DNA of 64,000 nucleotides from an uncultured Oscillospiraceae bacterium (GTDB lineage Bacteria; Bacillota; Clostridia; Oscillospirales; Oscillospiraceae): NCBI GenBank assembly GCA_947627715.1, contig CANQXK010000006.1, positions 17,355 to 81,354 of the forward strand, read 5' to 3'. Shown piece by piece: positions 26,998 to 34,727 of this stretch (position 1 is its first letter; each line of letters starts with the position of its first letter). The notes under the pieces were generated by a model. It saw only the letters and a program-made list of their open reading frames with translations, ran no database searches and was not told where the DNA came from. The position numbers and the translations under genes were made by a program.

Positions 26998-27295
26998 CGT
27001 GGCCGCGGACAGGCCCGCCAGCCCTGTCCCGATACCTCGCTCTTTTGATAGTATATCAACGAATTTCGGAAAAGGAAAGACTGGCGTTCAAAAATATTGT
27101 GAGGTCACCCCTTTGTTTCGGGGACGGCCTCATCTTGGTTTATAAGTTCATGTCATGCCGCGAGAATGCTTGTCCACTTTGCATATGCCACCATAACCTT
27201 TGAGCGTAGGCCATCTATAGACTACCCTATCCCAGGACCTTCTAGCGCCCATCGGCTCGTTGTTGTAGGCCATTGGTGCCAGCTTCGGGCGTTCG

Positions 27296-27644
27296 CCGTG
27301 ACTCAGTCCTTCTCCGCCAGCGGGGTCCCATGATAACGCCGTCACAGGGAGCTTTTAGGAAAAGTGTGGATAATTTCATCCGTTTCTACAGCAAGACCTG
27401 TCCGCACATGACGCTGATTTACAAGACTTCAGCGGATTTTGAGGAAAGGTATTTTGAGAAAACGCACAAAATTTTATGAGAAACCACTGTCTAAAAACCG
27501 TGCTATCCGCGAAAAAGTTTGTGAAATTAGGAAACTTTGACAGCCGCCTAATTTTATCCGATTTGTAATCCTATACTCCCGCAACGGTTTTCAAAGAGAT
27601 GCGACCCAGTTTTCGAAAAAATGCTCGAAAACTGGGTCGCATTC
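27296..27644 (+). mobile_element. Degenerate remnant of an IS3-family element (3' end of the transposase with an internal deletion, plus the IS-distal ~165 bp)
   Basis: Aligns by eye with 33010-33429. For example, FRKSVDNFIRFYSKTCPHMTLIYKTSADFEERYFEKTHKIL matches FRKSVDDFIRFYNGTCPHMTLNYKTPADFEEKYYEKTHEAL. The downstream block CTCCCGCAACGGTTTTCAAA...GCGACCC.GTTTTCGA...TCGAAAAC.GGGTCGCATTC is shared. Confidence 0.75.
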
Positions 27645-27992
27645 AATTTTTCCCTTTTCGTGGGTAGAGAAAAAACATTTTTTTGTAACATTATGTCGTT
27701 ATGAAAACATTTATAAATGTAGGGGATGTGAGGGTCCCTTTATGTATACTGAAATTATCTTTAAATTTAAGGAGGTTTAGTATGAGAATTAACACAAAAA
27801 TTATCAGTCCAAGAGTCGTCCATCAATACGGCGAAGAACATGTTTCTTTTCATTCAGCGTTCTCCCACTAACATTATTTTTTGGCACTGTTCTAATAGTG
27901 TACTTATTTTTTTATAATTCCCAACGTTTTTTAAGATACGGCACCTTTTTTGAGAAAAAGGTTGAAAATTAAACTGCATCTTAGGTCCCCCG

Positions 27993-28021
27993 TTGACGTT
28001 TTTGCTGAATTGTGTTATAAT
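27993..28021 (+). promoter_or_regulatory. Sigma-A promoter of the AT-rich toxin module
   Basis: TTGACG, a 17-nt spacer, then TATAAT. It lies 52 nt upstream of the GTG start at 28073, which has an AGGAG RBS. Confidence 0.6.
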
Positions 28022-28072
28022 TCGGCAAGAATATTCTGTATAATTGTATATTGGTTTTAGGAGAATTTATTT

Positions 28073-28666
28073 GTGTGGTCGAAACAGTTGGCTCGGATAT
28101 TGGAATCTTTTTATAATGTTCAGGAAAGAAATAAAAACCGAGTTCTTAATGCAAGCGAAAAAGAACAATTAGTTCAAGAGCTTATCTCTGCTTATAATAT
28201 ACTGAGCGACGCAGGAAAATATGACGTGTTAGTTCCCGCAAAATGCGAATTTTTGAATGACCGTGCAATTAATGCAGATATGGTTAGTAGTGGAAGCTAC
28301 AAGTATGAAATAAGTTATAAGTGGCCACCCAATGATGGGTTCCAAGGTCTTCCGCAAACAATAACCCTTAAGCCCGGAAGTGCGTATGATAGAATTGGGA
28401 GCTCGAAAGGTAGATATCTTTCCCCGGTGTCTATAGGCGGAGAATGTTCGTCATATCTTGCCCGTGCTATACCGTATTATATTCCAGAAAAGGATATATG
28501 TGACAACCCAGCTTATCATCGTTACAAAGTTGTTTCGGAGTATCGCGGAGTTGGTTCAAAGATAAGCGAATCCGTTCTGGAAGGTATATTATCCAAGCAT
28601 TCTGGCACAATCCTGACGATGGCGGAGGTATTCAGGAAAAACTCCCAGTTGGAATTAATGTTTTAG
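28073..28666 (+). CDS. TNT-like (tuberculosis necrotizing toxin / DUF4237-type NAD+ glycohydrolase fold) domain protein, C-terminal half divergent
   Basis: The motif string WPPNDGF...LKPGSAYDRIGSSKGRYLSP...ARAIP...YHRYKV matches what I recall of the N-terminal half of the TNT domain. The usual ...PWFGQPGGG.Q segment is absent. The gene is AT-rich. Confidence 0.5.
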   Translation: MWSKQLARILESFYNVQERNKNRVLNASEKEQLVQELISAYNILSDAGKYDVLVPAKCEFLNDRAINADMVSSGSYKYEISYKWPPNDGFQGLPQTITLKPGSAYDRIGSSKGRYLSPVSIGGECSSYLARAIPYYIPEKDICDNPAYHRYKVVSEYRGVGSKISESVLEGILSKHSGTILTMAEVFRKNSQLELMF

Positions 28667-28678
28667 GAGCGGTGTTTG

Positions 28679-29644
28679 ATGAAGTGCAAATGGAAACTGA
28701 GAAAACGAAAAAATGAAGAACAGAGATGTAAAGAGGCATTCAGAAGCCAGGCAATTTTACACGGTGTGGCGGATGATTGTGTCATTGATAAGGATACCTA
28801 TGCCGAAATTTCTTGTGTCACAGGTTGCTTCAAATCAGGCTATTACTGGATTGTATATGATACAGATGAGAGATCCCATGTTTATGGAGAAAAAAGGCAT
28901 TTATCACCAACTGATGCATTTGCAGACGCTGCTACTCGACTTGGATTTACCTATTGCTCTCCAGTTACTAATACAAACAAGGCTTTATATAACAGAGAAG
29001 CGTTTGCGATGGTTTGCGAAAAAGCCAACGCAAAGTTTGATGAGACCGTTGAACTCCATGTAAGGTTAGGCGTTGACTCCCGCCACGCTGACCAACAGGT
29101 CCGCGGTGCCGTCGTCCTGCCCCACGGCACCGGCAAGACCCGCAGGGTCCTGGTGTTCTGCAAGGACGAGCGCCGTGACGAGGCCCTGGCCGCCGGCGCC
29201 GATTACGCCGGAGCCATAGACATAGTGGAGAAGATTCAGAAAGAGAACTGGTTCGATTTTGACGTGTCCATCGCTACGCCTGACATGATGGGTGTGGTGG
29301 GCCGCCTCGGTAAGATCCTTGGTCCCAAGGGCCTGATGCCCTCCCCCAAGGCCGGCACCGTCACCCCCAACCTGACCCAGGCCATCACCGAGGTCAAGGC
29401 CGGTAAGATTGAGTTCCGTCTCGACCGCACCAACATCATCCACTGCCCCATCGGCAAGGTCTCCTTCGGCGCCGAGAAGCTCACGGAGAACTACAACGCT
29501 CTCATGGACGCCATCATTCGCGCCAAGCCCGCCGCCAAGGGCCAGTATATCCGCTCTTGCGTCACCTCCAGCACCATGGGTCCCGGTGTAAAAATTGATA
29601 CTATGAAAGGGCTAAATATAGCTCCTGGAAAACTGGGTAATTAA
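28679..29644 (+). CDS. Chimeric protein: ~100-aa AT-rich N-terminal domain (immunity-like by position) fused in frame to a nearly complete ribosomal protein uL1 (RplA) body
   Basis: From about residue 100 the protein reads [52 protein letters not shown]...[32 protein letters not shown]...[10 protein letters not shown]...[11 protein letters not shown], which is bacterial L1. A sharp GC jump occurs at about 29060 and a drop at about 29590. The ATG at 28679 lies 9 nt after an AGGAG. Confidence 0.8.
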   Translation: MKCKWKLRKRKNEEQRCKEAFRSQAILHGVADDCVIDKDTYAEISCVTGCFKSGYYWIVYDTDERSHVYGEKRHLSPTDAFADAATRLGFTYCSPVTNTNKALYNREAFAMVCEKANAKFDETVELHVRLGVDSRHADQQVRGAVVLPHGTGKTRRVLVFCKDERRDEALAAGADYAGAIDIVEKIQKENWFDFDVSIATPDMMGVVGRLGKILGPKGLMPSPKAGTVTPNLTQAITEVKAGKIEFRLDRTNIIHCPIGKVSFGAEKLTENYNALMDAIIRAKPAAKGQYIRSCVTSSTMGPGVKIDTMKGLNIAPGKLGN

Positions 29645-29711
29645 CTGACCGCTATCAGGAATTAGCCCTTGAAAGGCGCTCTGGGGGAGTGCTACATTTC
29701 CTTTTCAAACT

Positions 29712-29735
29712 GCCGCACAGTGCGGCTTTTCTTTT
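29712..29735 (+). terminator. Rho-independent terminator
   Basis: GCCGCAC-A-GTGCGGC followed by TTTTCTTTTT. Confidence 0.6.
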
Positions 29736-29874
29736 TCCTTTCTATTCTTGAAAACTGAAGAAAATTTTTATTCTCCATTATGATTATGTTAATTTGAATT
29801 GCAGAGTATTTTTTTTGCAATTGGTGCCTATTAATCCGCTACGAAACAAGTCTGGCCTGTTAGGTTCTATATTA

Positions 29875-31719
29875 TCAAGATAATCGATTGCGATTTTGAA
29901 ACTCCCTTGTACCTGTAATCTCCGAAAGCCACTGATGTGATAATTCGCATTCTATGCCGATACCCCGGAGCCTTTCATAAAAGTGCAGAGGCACCTTGGA
30001 TGAAGGCTCTGCTATAGCTATAAATGTGCTTATATTCCACTCGTCCATGTCTTTCCCTCCCATTTTTAATACGCTTGCTTTTATTTTATATATGTATATA
30101 TGTAGCGTAATCTCTGTCCTGTCCTTGAAGCGAATTTGGAGAGTTTCTTTGTCCACTACCTTGATGGTGCTGATAAGCTGGCGAGTGCGGATATCGTCGT
30201 ATTCGGTGATGGATGCGTCCATCTGGTCGATGGCGGAGGTGATCTGCTCCATGCGCCGGTCAAGGCCTGCGGCGGAGGACTGTTCCAACTCCAGCTTGGT
30301 CTGGAGGGACTTGAGGCTCGCAATTTTCTCGTTGGTGGTGCGGAACTCATCCTCGAAGTCCTCATACTTGGCGCTGTCCGCCAAGACCAAATCCAGAAGT
30401 TCCTTGTACCGTGTCTCCAGTGCCGCGAGCTTGCTTTTGACGGCCGGGAGGGACATTTTCGGCTGCGTGGACGCCAGCGCAGTGGCTACGCTCTCCTGAA
30501 GAACATCTCTGGCGGCCTGCTGGGAGAACATCTCATTCATGGCAGCGACAATGGCGGTGTGCAGAACCTCCTCTCTGAAGGTGGGAGAACTTTTGCAGAT
30601 GCGCTTGCCGTTCTCCATTCGGTTGAGGCAGCGCCACACGTATATCTTCTCGCCCTTGGGCATATAAGTCTGGCGGCGGTAGGGGCTCCCGCACTCGCCG
30701 CAGATCAATATCTCACTGAGGGCGTATTTGCCGCTGTACTTGCCAAGCTCGGTTTTGGCTCTGGATGAGGTTTTGCGCTTTCCGGCGCGGCGGGCGATCT
30801 CCTCCTGCACCTTCTGGAAGGTGACCCGGTCAATGATGGCGGGGTGGCAGTCGTGGACGTAGTATTTGGGGAGCTCGCCCATATTCTTCTTCGTTTGGTG
30901 GTTGAACAGGTCCGCCACATATGTCTTTTGGAGGATGGCGTCGCCTATGTACTTCTCATTCCGCAGGATGCCCTGGACGGTGCTGTCATGCCACTCCGAT
31001 GTACCACGTGCCGTCCTGATGCCGTCGCTCTCTAATCCCGTACATATCCTCCTGACGCTATAGCCCATCAGATATTGGGAGTAGATGCGCCGGACGATCT
31101 TGGCCTGTTCCTCGTCCACCACGGGCTGACCGTCCTCTCCTTTTCTGTATCCGAGGAAGCTGTCGTAGTGGTAGTAGACCTTGCCGTCCTGAAAGTTCTT
31201 CCTGTGGCCCCACTTCACGTTGCCACTGAGGGACTCGCTCTCCGCCTGGGCTTGGGAGAAGAAGAACGTCAGGATCATCTCGTTGTCCATGTAGAGCGTA
31301 TTGACGTTCTCCTTTTCGAAGTAGACGCCGATACCGAGGCCCTTGAGCTGGCGGACGGTCTGGAGCCCCTCCAGCGTGTTTCTGGCAAAGCGGGTGACGG
31401 ATTTGGTGATTACAAGGTCAACACGGCCCTTTTTGCAGTCGGCAATCAGTCGCAGGAATTCCTTGCGCTTCTTCATGGAAGTGCCCGTTATGCCCTCATC
31501 GGCGTACATCCGGACCATGGTCCATTCCGGGTTGTCCGCGATTTTGGCAGTGTAGTATTCGATCTGCGCCTCGTAGCTGTTGAGCTGCTCATCGGAGTCG
31601 GTGGAGACGCGGCAGTAGGGCGCTACCCGGAGGCACTTCTTGTGGATGTCCCGCTGAACGAGCGCCGGGTCGGGTGGCATGATGGTGACGTTCTTGGCAA
31701 TTCTCTGTTGGGTAATCAT
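29875..31719 (-). CDS. Large serine recombinase (TnpX/CcrB/phage-integrase type)
   Basis: The N-terminal resolvase domain reads RVAPYCRVSTDSDEQLNSYEAQ. A recombinase domain, a Zn-ribbon (CGECGSPY...WRC...C) and a coiled-coil follow. The last ~85 aa lie in AT-rich DNA and look like read-through past the normal end. Confidence 0.9.
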   Translation of the reverse strand: MITQQRIAKNVTIMPPDPALVQRDIHKKCLRVAPYCRVSTDSDEQLNSYEAQIEYYTAKIADNPEWTMVRMYADEGITGTSMKKRKEFLRLIADCKKGRVDLVITKSVTRFARNTLEGLQTVRQLKGLGIGVYFEKENVNTLYMDNEMILTFFFSQAQAESESLSGNVKWGHRKNFQDGKVYYHYDSFLGYRKGEDGQPVVDEEQAKIVRRIYSQYLMGYSVRRICTGLESDGIRTARGTSEWHDSTVQGILRNEKYIGDAILQKTYVADLFNHQTKKNMGELPKYYVHDCHPAIIDRVTFQKVQEEIARRAGKRKTSSRAKTELGKYSGKYALSEILICGECGSPYRRQTYMPKGEKIYVWRCLNRMENGKRICKSSPTFREEVLHTAIVAAMNEMFSQQAARDVLQESVATALASTQPKMSLPAVKSKLAALETRYKELLDLVLADSAKYEDFEDEFRTTNEKIASLKSLQTKLELEQSSAAGLDRRMEQITSAIDQMDASITEYDDIRTRQLISTIKVVDKETLQIRFKDRTEITLHIYIYKIKASVLKMGGKDMDEWNISTFIAIAEPSSKVPLHFYERLRGIGIECELSHQWLSEITGTREFQNRNRLS

Positions 31720-32060
31720 TGCTCTGCCTCCTCTTTACTGGTTATGATTTTTCCGTTTATGAGCTCTATGGAAACGCCGGACTCTCTGCCAAGGAGAATC
31801 CGGCGAATGGCTTTTTGTTCTATCTCTCTGCGGTTATCTTCCGTGATGCCCTCGACGGCAATGGCAAAGATGAGGTAACGCATATATTTGATGTTCTCCG
31901 TACATCGGTTGAAAGTGGCTGTAAGCTCGTTCTAAAGGCCGAGGACGTCCGGGTTTACCTGTTGCTCGTCAGGGACGTACGTAGCCAGCAGGTTGGGCGA
32001 GGGGACGAGGTGATTGAATTGGTCTATCTCGCGGAGAAAAGGTTTCCCTATTGTACATTT
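31716..32060 (-). pseudogene. Remnant of an upstream gene cut off by the IS3 element; in-frame TAG at 31932-31934; the last 55 codons (from the ATG at 31883) could still be expressed
   Basis: A single frame reads ...FLREIDQFNHLVPSPNLLATYVPDEQQVNPDVLGL*NELTATFNRCTENIKYMRYLIFAIAVEGITEDNRREIEQKAIRRILLGRESGVSIELINGKIITSKEEAEQ. Its TGA overlaps the recombinase ATG (ATGA). The identity of the original gene is unknown. Confidence 0.35.
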
Positions 32061-32070
32061 CTGCCCTCCT

Positions 32071-33429
32071 TGATAAGCTATTCTCAACTATATTAAAGGA
32101 GGACTGTAAATGCCAAAAGAATACTCAGAAGACTTCAAGCGCCATGTGATCAACCGATATGAAAAAGGTGAGTCGATTTTGGCTCTTTCCCAGGAGCTGG
32201 GCGTCGCGCAAAGCACCATTTACACCTGGCGTGGGGAGTATTGCGCTGTCCAAACGCCAGACCGGGTGTACACGCCGAAGGAAATCGACTTACTCGTGAA
32301 GCACGTCAAGAAGCTGGAGGAGACATTGGAGGTCATCCGCGTCTCTGGCTTTATCTCAATTGTCCCGCTGGGTGACAGGCTTGCTTTTCTGGAAAAGCTC
32401 TACCGCTCGGATTCCAAGTACAGCGTACATACGATTTGTGATGCCATGGACGTTGCGCGAGGGACCTTCTATAACCACATTTTCCGCCGCGCCGACAGAA
32501 CAGCGAAGCTGGAGGAGGAAGCAAAGCTTATGCTGCTGATTCAGCAGATTTTCAATGACAGCGGTCAGCGATTCGGAGCCGGAAAGATACGGGTCAAGCT
32601 GCTCGAAGTGGGAGTTCATGTGAGTACGAAGCGCATATCCGAGCTGATGCGCCGACTTGACCTGCGCAGCGTAAGACCTGACGCGAAGAAACAGCGGCTT
32701 AAAACTCAGGCTCAGGAGAGAAAAAACATCCTTGAGCGCAACTTCACAGCCGAACGCCCGAACCAATTCTGGGTCAGCGACATCACATGCTTCAAAATCT
32801 GCGGAAAATACCTGTACCTTTGCGCCATCCTCGACTTGTTTTCCCGACGGGTCGTAGGCTATCGCATTTCTGAAAACGCCAGTACACAGCTGGTGACGGC
32901 GACCTTCAAGACGGCATTCGCACAGCGTGAAAAACCCAAAGATCTCACTTTTCACAGTGACCGGGGTAAGCAGTACACCTCCAAGGCGTTCATGAAACTG
33001 CTCCGATCAAGTGGCGTAACACAGTCCTTCTCCGCCAGTGGGAGCCCCCATGACAACGCCGTGGCGGAGAGCTTCTTCGGCACCTTCAAAAAAGAAGAGG
33101 CATACCGCAGAGAATACACCTCGGAAAGAGATTTTCGGAAAAGCGTGGATGATTTCATCCGTTTTTACAACGGAACCTGCCCGCACATGACGCTGAATTA
33201 CAAGACACCTGCGGACTTTGAGGAAAAGTATTATGAGAAAACACATGAAGCTTTATGAGAAAACGCTGTCTAAAAATGGTGCTTATCACAAAAAAATAGT
33301 TTGTGAAAATGGGGAGTTTTGATAGTCACTTGATTTCTACTGCTTTGAAAAATTCCCTACTCCCGCAACGGTTTTCAAAAAGGCGCGACCCCGTTTTCGA
33401 TAAAAAAGTTCGAAAACGGGGTCGCATTC
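32071..33429 (+). mobile_element. IS3-family insertion sequence (boundaries approximate)
   Basis: It contains a full-length fused OrfAB transposase. The left end is guessed at TGATAAGC (32071). The right end is taken as the limit of homology with the remnant copy (...GGGTCGCATTC, 33429). No convincing long terminal inverted repeats were found by eye. Confidence 0.6.
32110..33258 (+). CDS. IS3-family transposase (HTH plus DDE/rve domain, single uninterrupted frame)
   Basis: The N-terminal HTH reads LSQELGVAQSTIYTWR. The DDE triad context is WVSDITCF...FHSDRGKQYTS...PHDNAVAESFFGTFKKE. An AAAGGAGG RBS is present. Confidence 0.9.
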   Translation: MPKEYSEDFKRHVINRYEKGESILALSQELGVAQSTIYTWRGEYCAVQTPDRVYTPKEIDLLVKHVKKLEETLEVIRVSGFISIVPLGDRLAFLEKLYRSDSKYSVHTICDAMDVARGTFYNHIFRRADRTAKLEEEAKLMLLIQQIFNDSGQRFGAGKIRVKLLEVGVHVSTKRISELMRRLDLRSVRPDAKKQRLKTQAQERKNILERNFTAERPNQFWVSDITCFKICGKYLYLCAILDLFSRRVVGYRISENASTQLVTATFKTAFAQREKPKDLTFHSDRGKQYTSKAFMKLLRSSGVTQSFSASGSPHDNAVAESFFGTFKKEEAYRREYTSERDFRKSVDDFIRFYNGTCPHMTLNYKTPADFEEKYYEKTHEAL

Positions 33430-33432
33430 TTG

Positions 33433-33478
33433 TGGAGCTGGATGCGAGATTCGAACTCGCGACCTCATGATTACGAAT
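33433..33478 (-). repeat. attR: perfect 46-bp duplicate of the 3' part of tRNA-Thr (3' CCA end through the anticodon loop)
   Basis: TGGAGCTGGATGCGAGATTCGAACTCGCGACCTCATGATTACGAAT is identical to 47744-47789. Identity ends at 33479 (t) versus 47790 (c). Confidence 0.9.
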
Positions 33479-33808
33479 TGCAAACGCCATAAAAATTCAG
33501 GCATTTCTAAGGCTTTCGGCCCCTTTTCCCTCCAAAATCAGCAGCTCGTTCCTGCTATTCCCTCCACTGTTTCCACCCGCAAATTTCGTCCAGTGGGTCA
33601 ACTTGTGGGTCAGCCCACCTTCCGTGCGAAAAGTGGGCTAGCCGATTCGGGTTAGCTCGTGAAAATGGGGTAAAAGTCCGCCATTCGAGGGTTACATAGT
33701 AACTCTGAAAAGCAGAAAAGTCAAGTATTCAAAAACTGGACCGCTATAAGCAAAAAGAGCCTTTTCTCTCTGCACGCCATCAACCGAAACAGAGCTCCAA
33801 CTACGACC

Positions 33809-33891
33809 CCTCAAATTTTGCGGGGGACCCCCTGCATTTTTTGGGAGGGGAATAGTATTAACAAGACGTAGAGCAACAAGTATAAAGCCCT
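33809..33891. repeat. Direct repeat R1 (~84 bp) flanking the AT-rich cassette
   Basis: CCTCAAATTTTGCGGGGGACCCCCTGCATTTTTTGGGAGGGGAATAGTATTAACAAGACGTAGAGCAACAAGTATAAAGCCCT. It is about 88% identical to R2 by my manual alignment. Confidence 0.8.
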
Positions 33892-33995
33892 TCCAAAAGG
33901 TCTTCCGTGCACGCGGTTTCTCCGTTTTGCCAAAACGGTTTCACTCGACTTTTCTGCACCTCTGCGGTATTGTGTGTTGCCAAGGAGGAGTGAAA

Positions 33996-34259
33996 ATGGA
34001 GAATCTGATTAATGAACTCTATTACGGCAATCTCTGCCCAGTTGAACAGATGGGAGGGGGCACACCGAAGGAAAAAAAAATATTGAAGCGGATATACGAA
34101 AACGAGGAAAAACTGAGAGCGACTCTTGATGAACAAGAAAGAGCCATTCTCGACGCTATGAAAGATGACTGCCTCACCGTATCCAGCTCAATAGGCGAAA
34201 GACGCTTTTGCGAGGCGTTCAGTTTGGGAGCAAGGTTGATGGTCGAAATCCTCACATGA
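33996..34259 (+). CDS. Small helical protein of a family common on Clostridia mobile elements (ELYYGN... type; function unknown)
   Basis: MENLINELYYGNLCPVEQMGGGTPKEKKILKRIYENEEKLRATLDEQERAILDAMKDD...FSLGARLMVEIL. An AAGGAGGAG RBS lies 5 nt upstream of the ATG at 33996. The ORF-track start at 33927 is unsupported. Confidence 0.6.
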   Translation: MENLINELYYGNLCPVEQMGGGTPKEKKILKRIYENEEKLRATLDEQERAILDAMKDDCLTVSSSIGERRFCEAFSLGARLMVEILT

Positions 34260-34727
34260 GACCCTCAATAATTGCGGGAGTTCCCCACGAAAGGCAAGAT
34301 GCATGGTTGATTGTTTTCCGGCAAGGTAGTTATACCATAAGGGTCTCGAATCGTCAACGGTCTTAACGACACCGTAAGCACGCTGTTGGGCCTGTATGCG
34401 GTTTTAGGGCAAAGGGTAGAAATGTACACCTCCATGGTTGCAAAACGCCGTGTTGGGCGTTTGTGAGGGAAAAGCATTATCTTTTTCTGTTTTCATGAAT
34501 TAGCCCCCTTGTATTTTTAGTAATGTAGCTACCAAACCGTTACTACTATTATACCTATACTTGGAGGCTTAATTCCTCTCAATCTCCCTTTGAGCTTGCG
34601 TTAAGCTCGCCCATTTTGGCTTCGCTGAAGCCGTTCCCCTCCCCCGGTAGAACCGAGGGGCGTTGCATAAATGCATCAAACACATGGCACAGGGAGTAAA
34701 ACTCTCTACCCATAATTTAAAATCTAT

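Noticed and set aside
27148-27345. A 65-aa minus-strand ORF with ...AYNNEPMGARRSWDRV..., faintly like the DNA.ME.F..TLK motif of IS3/IS481 transposases.
   Set aside because: It is too short and degenerate to call. At most it is another decayed transposase scrap in the mosaic.
27782-27871. A 29-codon ORF with a perfect AAGGAGG RBS that begins MRINT like flagellins.
   Set aside because: The similarity ends after five residues. There is no supporting context, so it is kept only as a possible small ORF.
32071-33288. An 8-bp inverted repeat (TGATAAGC/GCTTATCA) as the IS3 termini.
   Set aside because: Homology with the second (remnant) copy continues ~140 bp beyond 33288. The right end is therefore more likely near 33425-33429, and the 8-mer match may be chance.
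34265-34477. The 70-aa minus-strand ORF from the track.
   Set aside because: It has no RBS, an odd composition, and starts inside a terminator-like hairpin. The region is treated as non-coding or unassigned instead.
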